From NCBI GenBank assembly GCA_004764695.1, contig SMSO01000032.1:6418483-6482482 (forward strand): 64,000 nucleotides of DNA, given 5' to 3'. This document shows positions 12,581 through 23,000 of this stretch, one piece after another; the stretch's first letter is position 1; every line of letters starts with the position of its first letter. The notes under the pieces were generated by a model. It was not told the origin of the DNA and ran no database searches. It saw only the letters and a program-made list of their open reading frames with translations. Source of the DNA: Schizochytrium sp. TIO01 (taxonomy: Eukaryota > Protista > Bigyra: Labyrinthulomycetes). A program made the translations under genes and the position numbers.

Positions 12581-12604
12581 GTTTGTTTGTTTGTTTGTTT
12601 GTTT
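12581..12604. repeat. (GTTT)6 microsatellite
   Basis: Read directly. Confidence 0.9.
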
Positions 12605-15578
12605 GCTGCAGTAGCTTTGATTGAGGCCTTATGGGCTCGTTCCCACGCAGCTGAAGTGGGGTGATGATGATGCCTACCCTGACTGAGGCCAGCTCGGGGT
12701 GTCTGGGATCGTGAGTAAGCGAGGGAGGGAATGTTACGTACCTACCTACCGACTGCCGCTCGGGGAGGTCGACGTGCACGACGGTGCATGGAGCGGACTG
12801 CTGGCGTGTAATTCGAGCATTCGTGCTTCATGTTTCATTTTTGACAAATGGCTCAAGCTTCGTGAACTTTGGGATGGCAGAACTTGGCTTCTGCCTAGTT
12901 ATAGAACACAGCATCGCCAGCCTCGGCACGTGCTGAACGCGCAACTTCAAGTTGAAGCTCGAAATTGAGGTGAACGCGCTCGCATGTGAATAGGTAGCTA
13001 CTATGGCACTGCGTCTGACTTGAGAATTCACGCGCTGGTTTCGAGTTCGCCAAGTGTAATGGGGTGTGCGTTTCGGGTTTTATGCTGATTTCCTGCAAAA
13101 CCTAATGGCGATTAAAATATGCTGCACTCGCCTGGCTGATTTGCATCAACAGCGCGTCGATGGATGGCTACGACTCGAGATAATCAGAATCCTTGGATCT
13201 TCCTCCTTAGCTATGAAGCATCAAGTGTTGCTAGTAGTTGTACTCCTACTGCCAATCATTTTGCTTGTGGATGATTTTATTGTACTTACCTCTCAGACGA
13301 ATCGTCCGGCAGACACAGTTGTGCCGAGATTGAAGAGACGTGTGCGATGATTGCCGAGCTGGAAATCGCCGCACGGGCGCCAGAAAGAAGTAAAGAAATG
13401 TAAACCGAGTGAAGGACACACAAGAGTTGGCCGAGAATGTGCATTCAACCAGAAACGAAGTTTCGAGTACAAGAGCTGTTTAGAATGTGGGCTAACATTA
13501 AAACTGCACATCAAAGTAAATTAGTGGGATCGTCCGTGCTCTGAGCCTTGATGTAAGATGCCCTGCACTTCATTTGAGCTCGAGTGGTGGGTGGATTTGA
13601 GAACACCTATTCCTTATCACTGTCAGGGTTGCAACTAATCACCAAACTATTTTGAATAACTGTGTTTGTTGTTATGTGTGCTAATCTAACTCAACTCAAT
13701 TTCGAAGTAAGAAGAGATACATGTGAGTAGTTTGACAACAGAGAACTTCAAGATACCACGAGTCAAGCTCCTGAGGTTGCTTAGGAAAACATACCCTCAA
13801 AGCAAACGCCCCTAGTCGCTTTCGTATACTGAAGCCCACTAAAACGAATTTGCATGCTCTACCATGACTAGTCAAGAGCTATTTCACGGCTTTAAACTCG
13901 AGTAAAATCAGCCTGCAGTGGGGAAGCAGTAGGTGTATATTCTTGTTGGAATCCTACATGGCAAGTTCGCTGCTCTACTATTGCTCAAAAGTGATCTGGC
14001 AAGACTAGGTGGTCCTATTCTAGTTCTATCTAATAGTAGCCATTAACGTTTCCAGGCTCTCTATGCGGAGTCTTTGTTCCGTTATCCGAACTGTCTTTAA
14101 TCTTTTGTATTGATTTATACGGTTCATTACTGTCGCCAAGTAGTTTTTCTTATCACTTCGGTGGGATGTAAGCACGAGCCCTCGTTCATTCATAGTTGTT
14201 AAATCTCCATCTTCAACTTATAGGCAATTCATCATCCTGCTTTTGATCAGGTTTCTCTGGGCCCTTGGGTGCGTGCCGTCCTCGCTCGGCGATGATGAAG
14301 AGTACATAGTAGCTAGTTAGCATCGTGAGTTGGCATCTCGGACGGACAGGAGTTCCTATCGAACCCATGAAAGATGTGCAATACTCATAAAAGTGGATTC
14401 TGTAAATCCTTCATACGGTAAAGTAAAATAACTTGGATGCTCCCATCCTTGGCGATAGACAACCTGCCTTGAATTATGCAAGACGTGCGAATTCCAGCGC
14501 ACCGTATCTGCCACGATGCAAGCCGCTGAGAACGAGCTGCTCTACGTCGATATGCTCGCAATTTATCGCAAATCAGCCAATTCACTACGATTCATCTATC
14601 TCTTTGTTCTCTTTGTTCTTTCTGTTCTCACTTTCCCCTCTTCCTTTTTCCCTATAATCCAATTTGTCTTGATCAATCAGTTTCTTCGACGTCGCTGCGA
14701 GTTCTCCCACTAAGACCGGTAGAAAGCTGCTGTCTACCAGCTGTAGCTGTTTCCATCGCTACCTCCCTCGCTGGCGCTCTTTCCCACTGGACTCTCAAGC
14801 GAAGTCACGACGATCGAGAGTCAATTGATTGAAGTAATTCGCCAGAAAGAATCGGTTGAGCCGCTGAGGCGCGTGTGTACGCGCGTGCAAGTGAGTTATA
14901 GAGCCTATTCTCCACTCATGGCCGTTTCTTCTGTACTTTCTGACGAACTTTAATACTCAACAAACAGCTCTGCAAGTGAACAATAGAACTGCTGTTACTA
15001 CTCGCACCACTTATTCTTTCATTAAATTTTATACATTAAACTTTAAAGTTAAAATAATGAGAAGACTAAAGTTTTGTAAAAGTGCTTTGCAGTAGTAGTG
15101 GAATATGCAAACTCTTCCTACTATTGTTACACATTGTACATTGCGATGGTGATTCTTGATCTCGAGCGGTGTCCTGGCTGTGCTCAGATGAGAAACGTGC
15201 GTAAAAGCTGTGCGTCTGCACTGAGGATGCTGCCGCTGGCGATGCGGCCCTTTCCTCCGCCTGGCTGCTTGCTGCCTTCAGATCGACTGTGCCCCTTGTC
15301 TATAAAGCAGCCTCACAAACGAACAGTTACTTCTTTTTCCATCTCTCTTAATTTGATGTTACTTATAACTTTCAAGTTAGTTTTTCCAGTATCGCAGCAT
15401 GAAAAGCTTAATATTAATTGCGTGCTGCTGCGAGAAAGCAATCTCGTCGGCCTCTCTGCCACGAAGCAGTAGATAGGTACGTGCGCGGTAGGAGGGCGGG
15501 TGCTCATGCAGACGAAGTTGAAGAACAATTGAACCTTGACGGTGTCTTCGACGGGTGGAAACACCACACAAGATGAAG

Positions 15579-15590
15579 GCAAGTCAAAAA

Positions 15591-15653
<63 letters not shown>

Positions 15654-15838
15654 TAAGAAGAATAAGAAGGAAAAAGAAAAAGAAAAAGAAAGTGATTTGT
15701 TATGTGTTGAACTTCCAAATTTACATTTGTTTATTTATTTATGTATAAGTGAAAATAAAGACAGAGACAGAAGAAAAGAAATACACCAAAAATTGGGAAT
15801 ATATTGCACATTGCGATCGATTCCTTTTGCTCTCGCAG
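15579..15838 (+). other. Candidate GC-AG intron near the 5' end of the coiled-coil gene
   Basis: Donor AAG|GCAAGT at 15578/15579, very AT-rich interior containing (GAAA)15, acceptor TTCCTTTTGCTCTCGCAG| ending 15838, GC-richer flanks. Confidence 0.55.
15593..15652. repeat. (GAAA)15 microsatellite
   Basis: Read directly. Confidence 0.95.
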
Positions 15839-15925
15839 ACAGTCAGCATTGCGACGGCGCCTGCCAAGCAAACCCGAGGCGGGCTGGCGGACCGCTAGGG
15901 AGACGCAGGGCGTGCGTGCGATCCC

Positions 15926-18900
15926 GTGGTGGACTTGTTTTGCCAAGTCTACCGGGTCTGCGTCTCAGCGGGTCTTGGAGAGAACCTCGAGTTTGCCGAC
16001 ATGATGAAATCGACCGCAACCTCGAAACTGATGTCTTCGTCGGCACAGGAAGAGCTTGCTGAGACGAAGGCACGTCTCGGAGAGGTGGTGGATGAGGTTC
16101 TTTTCCTCGAGGGAGAGCTCTCAGCGCGACGCAGAGAAGTTGAGTTCCTCAAGCAAGCTCTCTCCGACAGCACGGACGCCCATGGCCGTGCCGTGCGGGC
16201 GCTGGCGCAAGAAAGCGCACAGGCCAGGCGTATGCTGGGCGGCGCAAGGCAACAGGCTGCTGTTCGTCAAGCACTCGATGACCTCCGTGGCTTCCAGCAG
16301 GGCCTGCAACGACTCCTCGTAGAAGCTCATGTTGATCTACCTGCATCCACCTTTGCTCCCGGAAGACAAATCACCAACAACTCCAAGAACGCTGACGTTG
16401 GCGCTGTCGATGATGATATCTACCATCTCACAGACGTAGACAACGACAATATGAGAACTAGCTACGAACGCAACGCAGACCAAGCATCGTCCAGCGCAGG
16501 ATCATCAAGGAGGAATAACAGGCGGAATCAGGACGAGGATGAAGATGATAAACCATTGAGACAGCAGCAAGATCTTCAGCACCATTACCGGAATCAACAA
16601 GGGCAACAGCGGGTGTGGGACCATGAAGAGGTGGCAAAAGAGAGGGCGAGAGCAAGGAAGCTTGCGGCTCGGGTGGCAGAACTAGAGACGGAGCTACGAA
16701 GGGCAAGGGCGACGCAAGTGTGGCCGTTTAAGGATGACCATCGCAGCGAACTTGGGGCGTTTGGCATGAGCACGAACTCAGACACAGCTTCAGCAGATGC
16801 AGAGGTTGCAAGACTTCGCAGACGCCTACAGGAACAACAGAAGGAATTTGACTCCCAAAGACAAGCTCTGCTTCAACAGGCCGAAGCAGAACTCAAAGAT
16901 GCAGAGCGCGAGATTCAAATTCTCCGCCGTAATTCTCAAAGTCATGGCCTCGGGCAGAGTCGCAACTCTCCGTCGGCATCACCATCAGCAGCACATCATC
17001 ACCAAGTTATATCGACAGCGTTCTCACCGCGAAGGGCGAGTACTGGAGCGGCAAGCGTCAGTTCAAGAGATAGCACCCCAACCTTTGAGCGAAAGCGACT
17101 TCGTGTGCGTGGTATGCGAATTAATGAAGATGGTGGTGTGGATTTTGTGGACCCACACGGGACTCCAGCCTCTGCAACATCAGCCTCGAGACGTTCGTCT
17201 GCTGTTTCTGCTGCTGGCGGTGGCAACCTCGCCGACGACGATGCGGAGATCATGATTCGCGTTCGTGACCTAGAAAAGCGCCTGGTTCTTGAGCGCAAGG
17301 AAAAGGAGAAGCTAAAGAGAGCGCTTCAGCAGGCAGAAGACAGCAACACCAAAACGCAGGCCTCCATGGATGACCTTGCCCTCGTACACGGCATTGGCCA
17401 GGAAGAAATGGAGACTGAGCGACACCAACGGCGAGCCCTCCAACAACAGCTCGAGAAGGCACAGAGGGATCGAGAGGTGACTATGCGCGAGATTAGGGCT
17501 GCAGAACGTCGGCACAGTGCTCTCATTGATGAAATGAAACAGGTCATGGAGGAGAGGGACCGAGCTGTGGCCAACACTGATGACGCTAATCGAAAGTATC
17601 TTCAGGGACTTAACGACCTTGAGCGTGCCCGTACGGACTTACAGAGCGCTGAAAATGCACGTCGCAATGCTGAGGAGGATAAAAAGCGAGCTGAGAAGGA
17701 ACTCAGTGCGCAAAACCGTAATCTTGAGGCAGCACGACGTAAAGTGGCCTCGTCCAATCAGGATATGGCTATCTTAGAACAACAGAAGGACGCTCTCGTC
17801 ATGGAACGAGATGCGGCCATTCGTGAGCAGGAAAATGCCATGAAGCGCCTCGACCAAGCGCTTGGAGACAGGAAAAATGCACTGCAGTCTCGCGACAAGG
17901 CACTTCAGGACTCTTCAGCTCTCGAGAACGAAAATGCCCGACTTAAAATGCGTCAGCATCGTGACGCTCAGGCTGTCGAGGATCTTCAGAATAAAGTCGA
18001 TGAAATGGAAAAGCAAGTCGCCGATGCCACCAACCGACTCGAAAAGGCTCGCAAGGCTGAGACAGATGCCAAGACAGCTGCAGAGCGCGCCGACGAAGCA
18101 AGGATCAACGCTGAGCAAGAGATGGAGGTCGCCGAACGCCAGGCCAATGCTCTCCGTGAAGAACTTAAGAGCGTCTTACGCGTACGCGATATTGCCTTAC
18201 AACAGCGCGACGCAGCACTTCGAGACTCCGAAAACGCTCTTGAACATCAACATGTTGTACCAAAGGCTCTTATGGACGGAGACGATGGGGAAGCCGACGT
18301 TATCGAGCAGATGCTCGAGGCAGAGCGCGAGAAATCTCGCCAGCTTTGGGAGCGCATTGACGAACTTGAGGTCACGGTTGCAGCGCTGGAGGATGAAAAG
18401 CAGAGTTTGGAGGCCGCTCAGGATGATGCTGCTCTTGGCGGTGTACACATGGTTCGCACACATAAGACCAAACTCGTGAGCCTGTCTCGTCAGCTCGCCG
18501 ATGTCCATGAGAGCATTAAACTCCGCCTTTCTACAGTGCAAGCTGCTATTGCCAAGGATCCTTCAGAGGCAAAACTCACAAGCCCTACTGCTGCTGCAGC
18601 AGCAAGTAAGCTCAAGTCAGCCAGCTATGTTGCAGATGGATCCTCAACTGTCCCTTCGAGTATCGCGAGTTCATCTCAGAGCCTGCGTGACATGATTCAG
18701 GTCCTTACCAAACAATCGCAGGCACTTGCGGATGAAGGTCGCAAAGAGGATGCCAGTATCCGCACATTGCTAGAGCTGGCCGACCGCGCTGCACAACGAG
18801 CAGATAGGCTTCGTGCTGAGGCGAATGGCCTTGCTGGAGACAATTTTGGGGAACTTGAGCGTCAGCGGAAAGTCTTACTTGCCCAGCTAGAAGCAGAAAA

Positions 18901-19621
18901 AGACCGAACAGCAGTTCTTGAGGGGAAAATCACGCGCCTGAGCAAGCATAATGATGTAGATCGCAATGGACAGCAACAATCTGGTAGCTCATCGACCGTG
19001 CCTTCAGTACACGTTCAGGAGCTCGAGGAAACGCTTGAGGGTGAGCGAGAACAACTCCGCGAGGCTCTCAATCGCTTGCAACAATCTGATGATAAGGTCC
19101 TCGAACTCAAGAGAAAACTACGAACTAATTTATTCGAAATGGAACGACTCGAAGCTGAACGAGATCGTCTCGCCGCCCACGTGGAAAATGCGTCTATAGA
19201 GCTTCGCGGCGTGGCCAATCAGAAAACCAATGCTGCAAAAGAGCTTGAAGAAGTCTACTTGTCGCTTACTGACCTTGAAAAGCAACTTGTCGCCTCGCAT
19301 GCGGAAAACACCCGTCTTAAGCGAGTTCTTGCCTCCAACGCCCCTAATAATCGGCGTTCGGATCTTGCTTCGCTGCGTTCCTCTTCTCAAAGTGGATCAG
19401 AGAATGAGCATTTGCCCCCCTCTAATCAACCGTCTACTCCTGCAACATCTGGAGGCCACCTGCCCATGACAGAGCTTGCAGCTCTTTCAGTTGAAAATGG
19501 AGATGAGTACTCGATCCATGGAGGGCGAGATCCTGGCGAAGACAATGACAAAGATCAAGTTTTTCAGGCCTCACAACACAACGTTAGAATCAAGCGGTCT
19601 GGTAGTATCGTCATCGAGTAA
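15926..19621 (+). CDS. Long coiled-coil protein (~1200 aa), myosin-tail/SMC-like composition, function unknown; start uncertain (first in-frame ATG 16001, or spliced ATG 15573)
   Basis: 3.7-kb open frame rich in E/Q/R/K/A/L heptads, separated by Ser-rich disordered linkers. No catalytic motif recognised. Confidence 0.85.
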   Translation: MVDLFCQVYRVCVSAGLGENLEFADMMKSTATSKLMSSSAQEELAETKARLGEVVDEVLFLEGELSARRREVEFLKQALSDSTDAHGRAVRALAQESAQARRMLGGARQQAAVRQALDDLRGFQQGLQRLLVEAHVDLPASTFAPGRQITNNSKNADVGAVDDDIYHLTDVDNDNMRTSYERNADQASSSAGSSRRNNRRNQDEDEDDKPLRQQQDLQHHYRNQQGQQRVWDHEEVAKERARARKLAARVAELETELRRARATQVWPFKDDHRSELGAFGMSTNSDTASADAEVARLRRRLQEQQKEFDSQRQALLQQAEAELKDAEREIQILRRNSQSHGLGQSRNSPSASPSAAHHHQVISTAFSPRRASTGAASVSSRDSTPTFERKRLRVRGMRINEDGGVDFVDPHGTPASATSASRRSSAVSAAGGGNLADDDAEIMIRVRDLEKRLVLERKEKEKLKRALQQAEDSNTKTQASMDDLALVHGIGQEEMETERHQRRALQQQLEKAQRDREVTMREIRAAERRHSALIDEMKQVMEERDRAVANTDDANRKYLQGLNDLERARTDLQSAENARRNAEEDKKRAEKELSAQNRNLEAARRKVASSNQDMAILEQQKDALVMERDAAIREQENAMKRLDQALGDRKNALQSRDKALQDSSALENENARLKMRQHRDAQAVEDLQNKVDEMEKQVADATNRLEKARKAETDAKTAAERADEARINAEQEMEVAERQANALREELKSVLRVRDIALQQRDAALRDSENALEHQHVVPKALMDGDDGEADVIEQMLEAEREKSRQLWERIDELEVTVAALEDEKQSLEAAQDDAALGGVHMVRTHKTKLVSLSRQLADVHESIKLRLSTVQAAIAKDPSEAKLTSPTAAAAASKLKSASYVADGSSTVPSSIASSSQSLRDMIQVLTKQSQALADEGRKEDASIRTLLELADRAAQRADRLRAEANGLAGDNFGELERQRKVLLAQLEAEKDRTAVLEGKITRLSKHNDVDRNGQQQSGSSSTVPSVHVQELEETLEGEREQLREALNRLQQSDDKVLELKRKLRTNLFEMERLEAERDRLAAHVENASIELRGVANQKTNAAKELEEVYLSLTDLEKQLVASHAENTRLKRVLASNAPNNRRSDLASLRSSSQSGSENEHLPPSNQPSTPATSGGHLPMTELAALSVENGDEYSIHGGRDPGEDNDKDQVFQASQHNVRIKRSGSIVIE

Positions 19622-20032
19622 TTTTTCCTGTCTGGACTGAAAACCACTATATAAATCAAGAATGCCATCAGATCTGCTGGGTATTTTTGGCTGATACTGA
19701 TCGCCCATATTCATGAAAAGTCTTCTATGGGTGAATTGAACTCGAAAGAAGTAGTAACATCTCAGAATTAATTTTTTTAACTTGCTCTTTGATTCAACTT
19801 GCAAGTGCGGAATCTTACTTTTACATGTTTCAAAACTTCCTATGATACCAAAATTAATTGTGCTTTGATTCTGCAATGTATCAATCTAACAGCTGCTTTT
19901 TATATTGTTTTAGAGTACTTAAGTACCGCATGAAAAATAATATTCATCATAAACTTACTTGTAAGCAAGGAAATTAGAATTACAAAATTTAGAATAATAA
20001 ACAAGGAAATATTCTGCACATTGAATTTATGT

Positions 20033-23000
20033 TTACCAACCTCCCATCTTCTGCATTTCAGCAACAGCTTGGTCACCAAGTTTATCACGCAATATTTTCT
20101 CGCGCCGTTTACGACGAATGTGATTCACAGCACGCTTGTTGGCTCGGCGTTGCGCTGCATCCAACTCTCGATCATTCTTTGCAAATATTTTAGCGAGATC
20201 CGGAAGTTCATAATCTGGGTGTTTAGGATTAGGAAGATGTGCTATGTCTAGACCTACTCGTGGTCCAACCCCTAGAGCCACTGCACTTTTACTTTTTGGG
20301 AACAAAAGTTGGGAATCAAGGTCACGCATGGACCCGAGTTTCTCTTCCATTTTGGCACGCTTCGCTTGAATCACTCGAGTTCCGATATCTAGGACAACCT
20401 TCTCGAAATAGTTATAGTCTAGACTCAAACTAGAATCCGTCTCATCCACATTCATATCCTGGAGCCAGCGTACTAGGTCTTCCGAGGCAACATCATACCG
20501 GGCGCCATCAACAATAGCCTGGCTCAGTGAATGACTTTGTTTGAACATGCGAAATGCAGCTTTGCAACGCGCCTTTGGTTCTAACGCCTCCAACTGCCCT
20601 AAAAGAGCCGAGCGTTGGTTCTGCTCACGTGCACCATGAAAATTGCGAAGGTCGTATTGGACTGGTTTAGGGAATACCAATAAATGCTTCAGTAGCCTAG
20701 TCTTCTTTGGTGGGACAAGCTCTGAAGCGAGACTTTCGCCACCCCAAGTAGATATTGACGCAGCATCACTATCATTGTCACAGAAAGTACTCAACGTTTT
20801 GTCTTGCTTTTCTGGGTCATTAGAAGATAAACGACTCCGTTGCTTGAATAAGCTTTCTTCTACTTCTTCTTCTTCGCCAACGACAGCTAGGAATTGTTCT
20901 CTACAAACCGTTGACCGGCCAACCTCCACAAGCTTTACTTCAAATTCGTCATCTCGACGATTCTCGTACCCTGTGAAGATATCATCCATTGCTCCTGTTC
21001 CAGGCTCCTGCATCTCCTTGAAAGTTAGAGACCCATTGCCTGACGGGTAGGTTGCCCGACGCTGGAGCTGGTCATGTTTACCCTTGCCCGCGCTTGTTTT
21101 TTCTTTTCTCTGAGAAGACTCCGGCGCGGAGTTTTCGGGAGTGTGCGCCGGCACTGAACCCTTGCCCGCAGCTACACGAGCGGCAAGTTGCTGCTCTGCA
21201 AGTTCTGCCTCTTCAGTGAGTGCCTCTTCTGCAAGCCGTTGATTGACTTCTTCTACAGTCTGACGATGAGGATTCACTGCAATGATATTGAATTTTCGTG
21301 TAAGGGAAGAAACGTGATCAAGCTCTTCACATCCGTAGTCATTATTCTGAAGCTCTGCCAAGAGAGAAAACTTTGAAGGAGTTAAAGAGTATACACCAGC
21401 AATGTATACTCCAGCATGATATCCCGAGCTTCCTGGAGGCAACACAATACGCAAATTTCCAATGGCAGAAGTACGCCATTTATGATCCTTGATAGTTGGC
21501 ACTGCTTCATTTGAAAGAAACAAATCAGGATCGCCGTCGTCAGACTGGATACTAATAGTAAGGAAGCTGTCTGCCGAAGGTACGACAAAGCGAAAATAAG
21601 AAAACTTGCCGTTCTCTACTGCAGCATGGGTTGGTTCCCCCATGGTGATATCCCGTATATGGATCTCGCCTTTTAAAGCCTTTTCAAAATGGTCCTTACG
21701 TTGAGTGCGCAGTGCACTACCAATCTTGATTGCACTCTGTAGCTGCTTCCAAAAATGTTTTGTTCGTTCCGCAAAGGGGCGTGGGGATTTCACCTCACCA
21801 ACATTATCTTGACTGGTGCTTGCACTTACATCATCATCGACGTCATTATCAATCATGCCCTCCTCCTTCATGACTCGCTTGAGCTCCTTCAGCTTACGCT
21901 CTTGTCGATCAAGCTCTGATTCCTTCATCCCTTCTGACTTCGGCTGCATCAGAGCTTCCATTTCTTTGAAAAACTCTGTCCACTTCTTTCCTTGGGCACC
22001 ATGAATGTCACTTGCCTCTGGGAGTGGTTGAGCCTTAGTTTGATCATCATCAGCATATAAGAAGTCAAGGTTGCCTTGCGCAAGGTTTTGATCACGACGC
22101 ATATCGAGTTGATCAATCTCTTTCCAATCATCTTCGTCGTTGTCCACATTTTCTGATGGGGTCCAATGTGGAACTGATGACAAATGCTTCATTAATGTGA
22201 GTGGATCGAATTCAATCTGTTCTCCAAAACAGTTTGAAAGGGTTTTAAGCTTTGTTCCTTCTGTTGCCATGCTTCGTTTATGCTCCTTTGGCAAATATCG
22301 ATTGGCTTTTAAAATTGCTTTCATGTCATCATTTAACGCAGGTTCAGGAGGTGGTGGAGGAGTTTTCTCTTCTTCCTCCTCCACTTGCTGATTCTGAAGA
22401 AGGAGTATGGCTTCTTGAGAACCAACCCCACCGGGGGACAATTTTGAAGCCTCCATACCTTCATACATATTCAGTCCGAATGGATCATCATCTGTTCCAA
22501 ACTCAATCACACCTTCGTCCACGTTCTCTCCAAACAGCTCTTCCGCTTGTGTCGGATCAATCGGGACAGTTTCGCCACTTTCAAGGACCAATTGAGTTCC
22601 ATTAGGACCTATCACCAAGCTAGCACGTTTCGATCCTTGGATTCCCAGAGAACCAAGTAAGTTGCGGGCACTTGCTGAAAGCTCGCCTTGTTTAAGGGCG
22701 TCCCCTGCATCATTCAGATCTTCAACCCCATCTACTTTGCCTTGAGTAAGAGCTTTAGATGACGATTTCGAATTAGTGCTTGAGAACAACGATCTGCTTG
22801 CGCGACGACTGCCACCCTTGATCTTGTCGCCTGCATCGTTATCACCATGGCTTTGTCTGAGAGTGTTTTGATTCTTTTTTATTTCTTGCATAGCTGCTTT
22901 GGGGTCTCGGTGTGCTAATTCAGCAAGTCCACGCGATGTACTCTGACCTTGAGCTGCAGAAGATACAAATTCACCTTCGGGGGATTCCAATAGACCATAA

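Noticed and set aside
11852-15472. Many 60-170 aa ORFs between the 378-aa and coiled-coil genes
   Set aside because: No domain motifs, inconsistent codon bias, several cross microsatellites.
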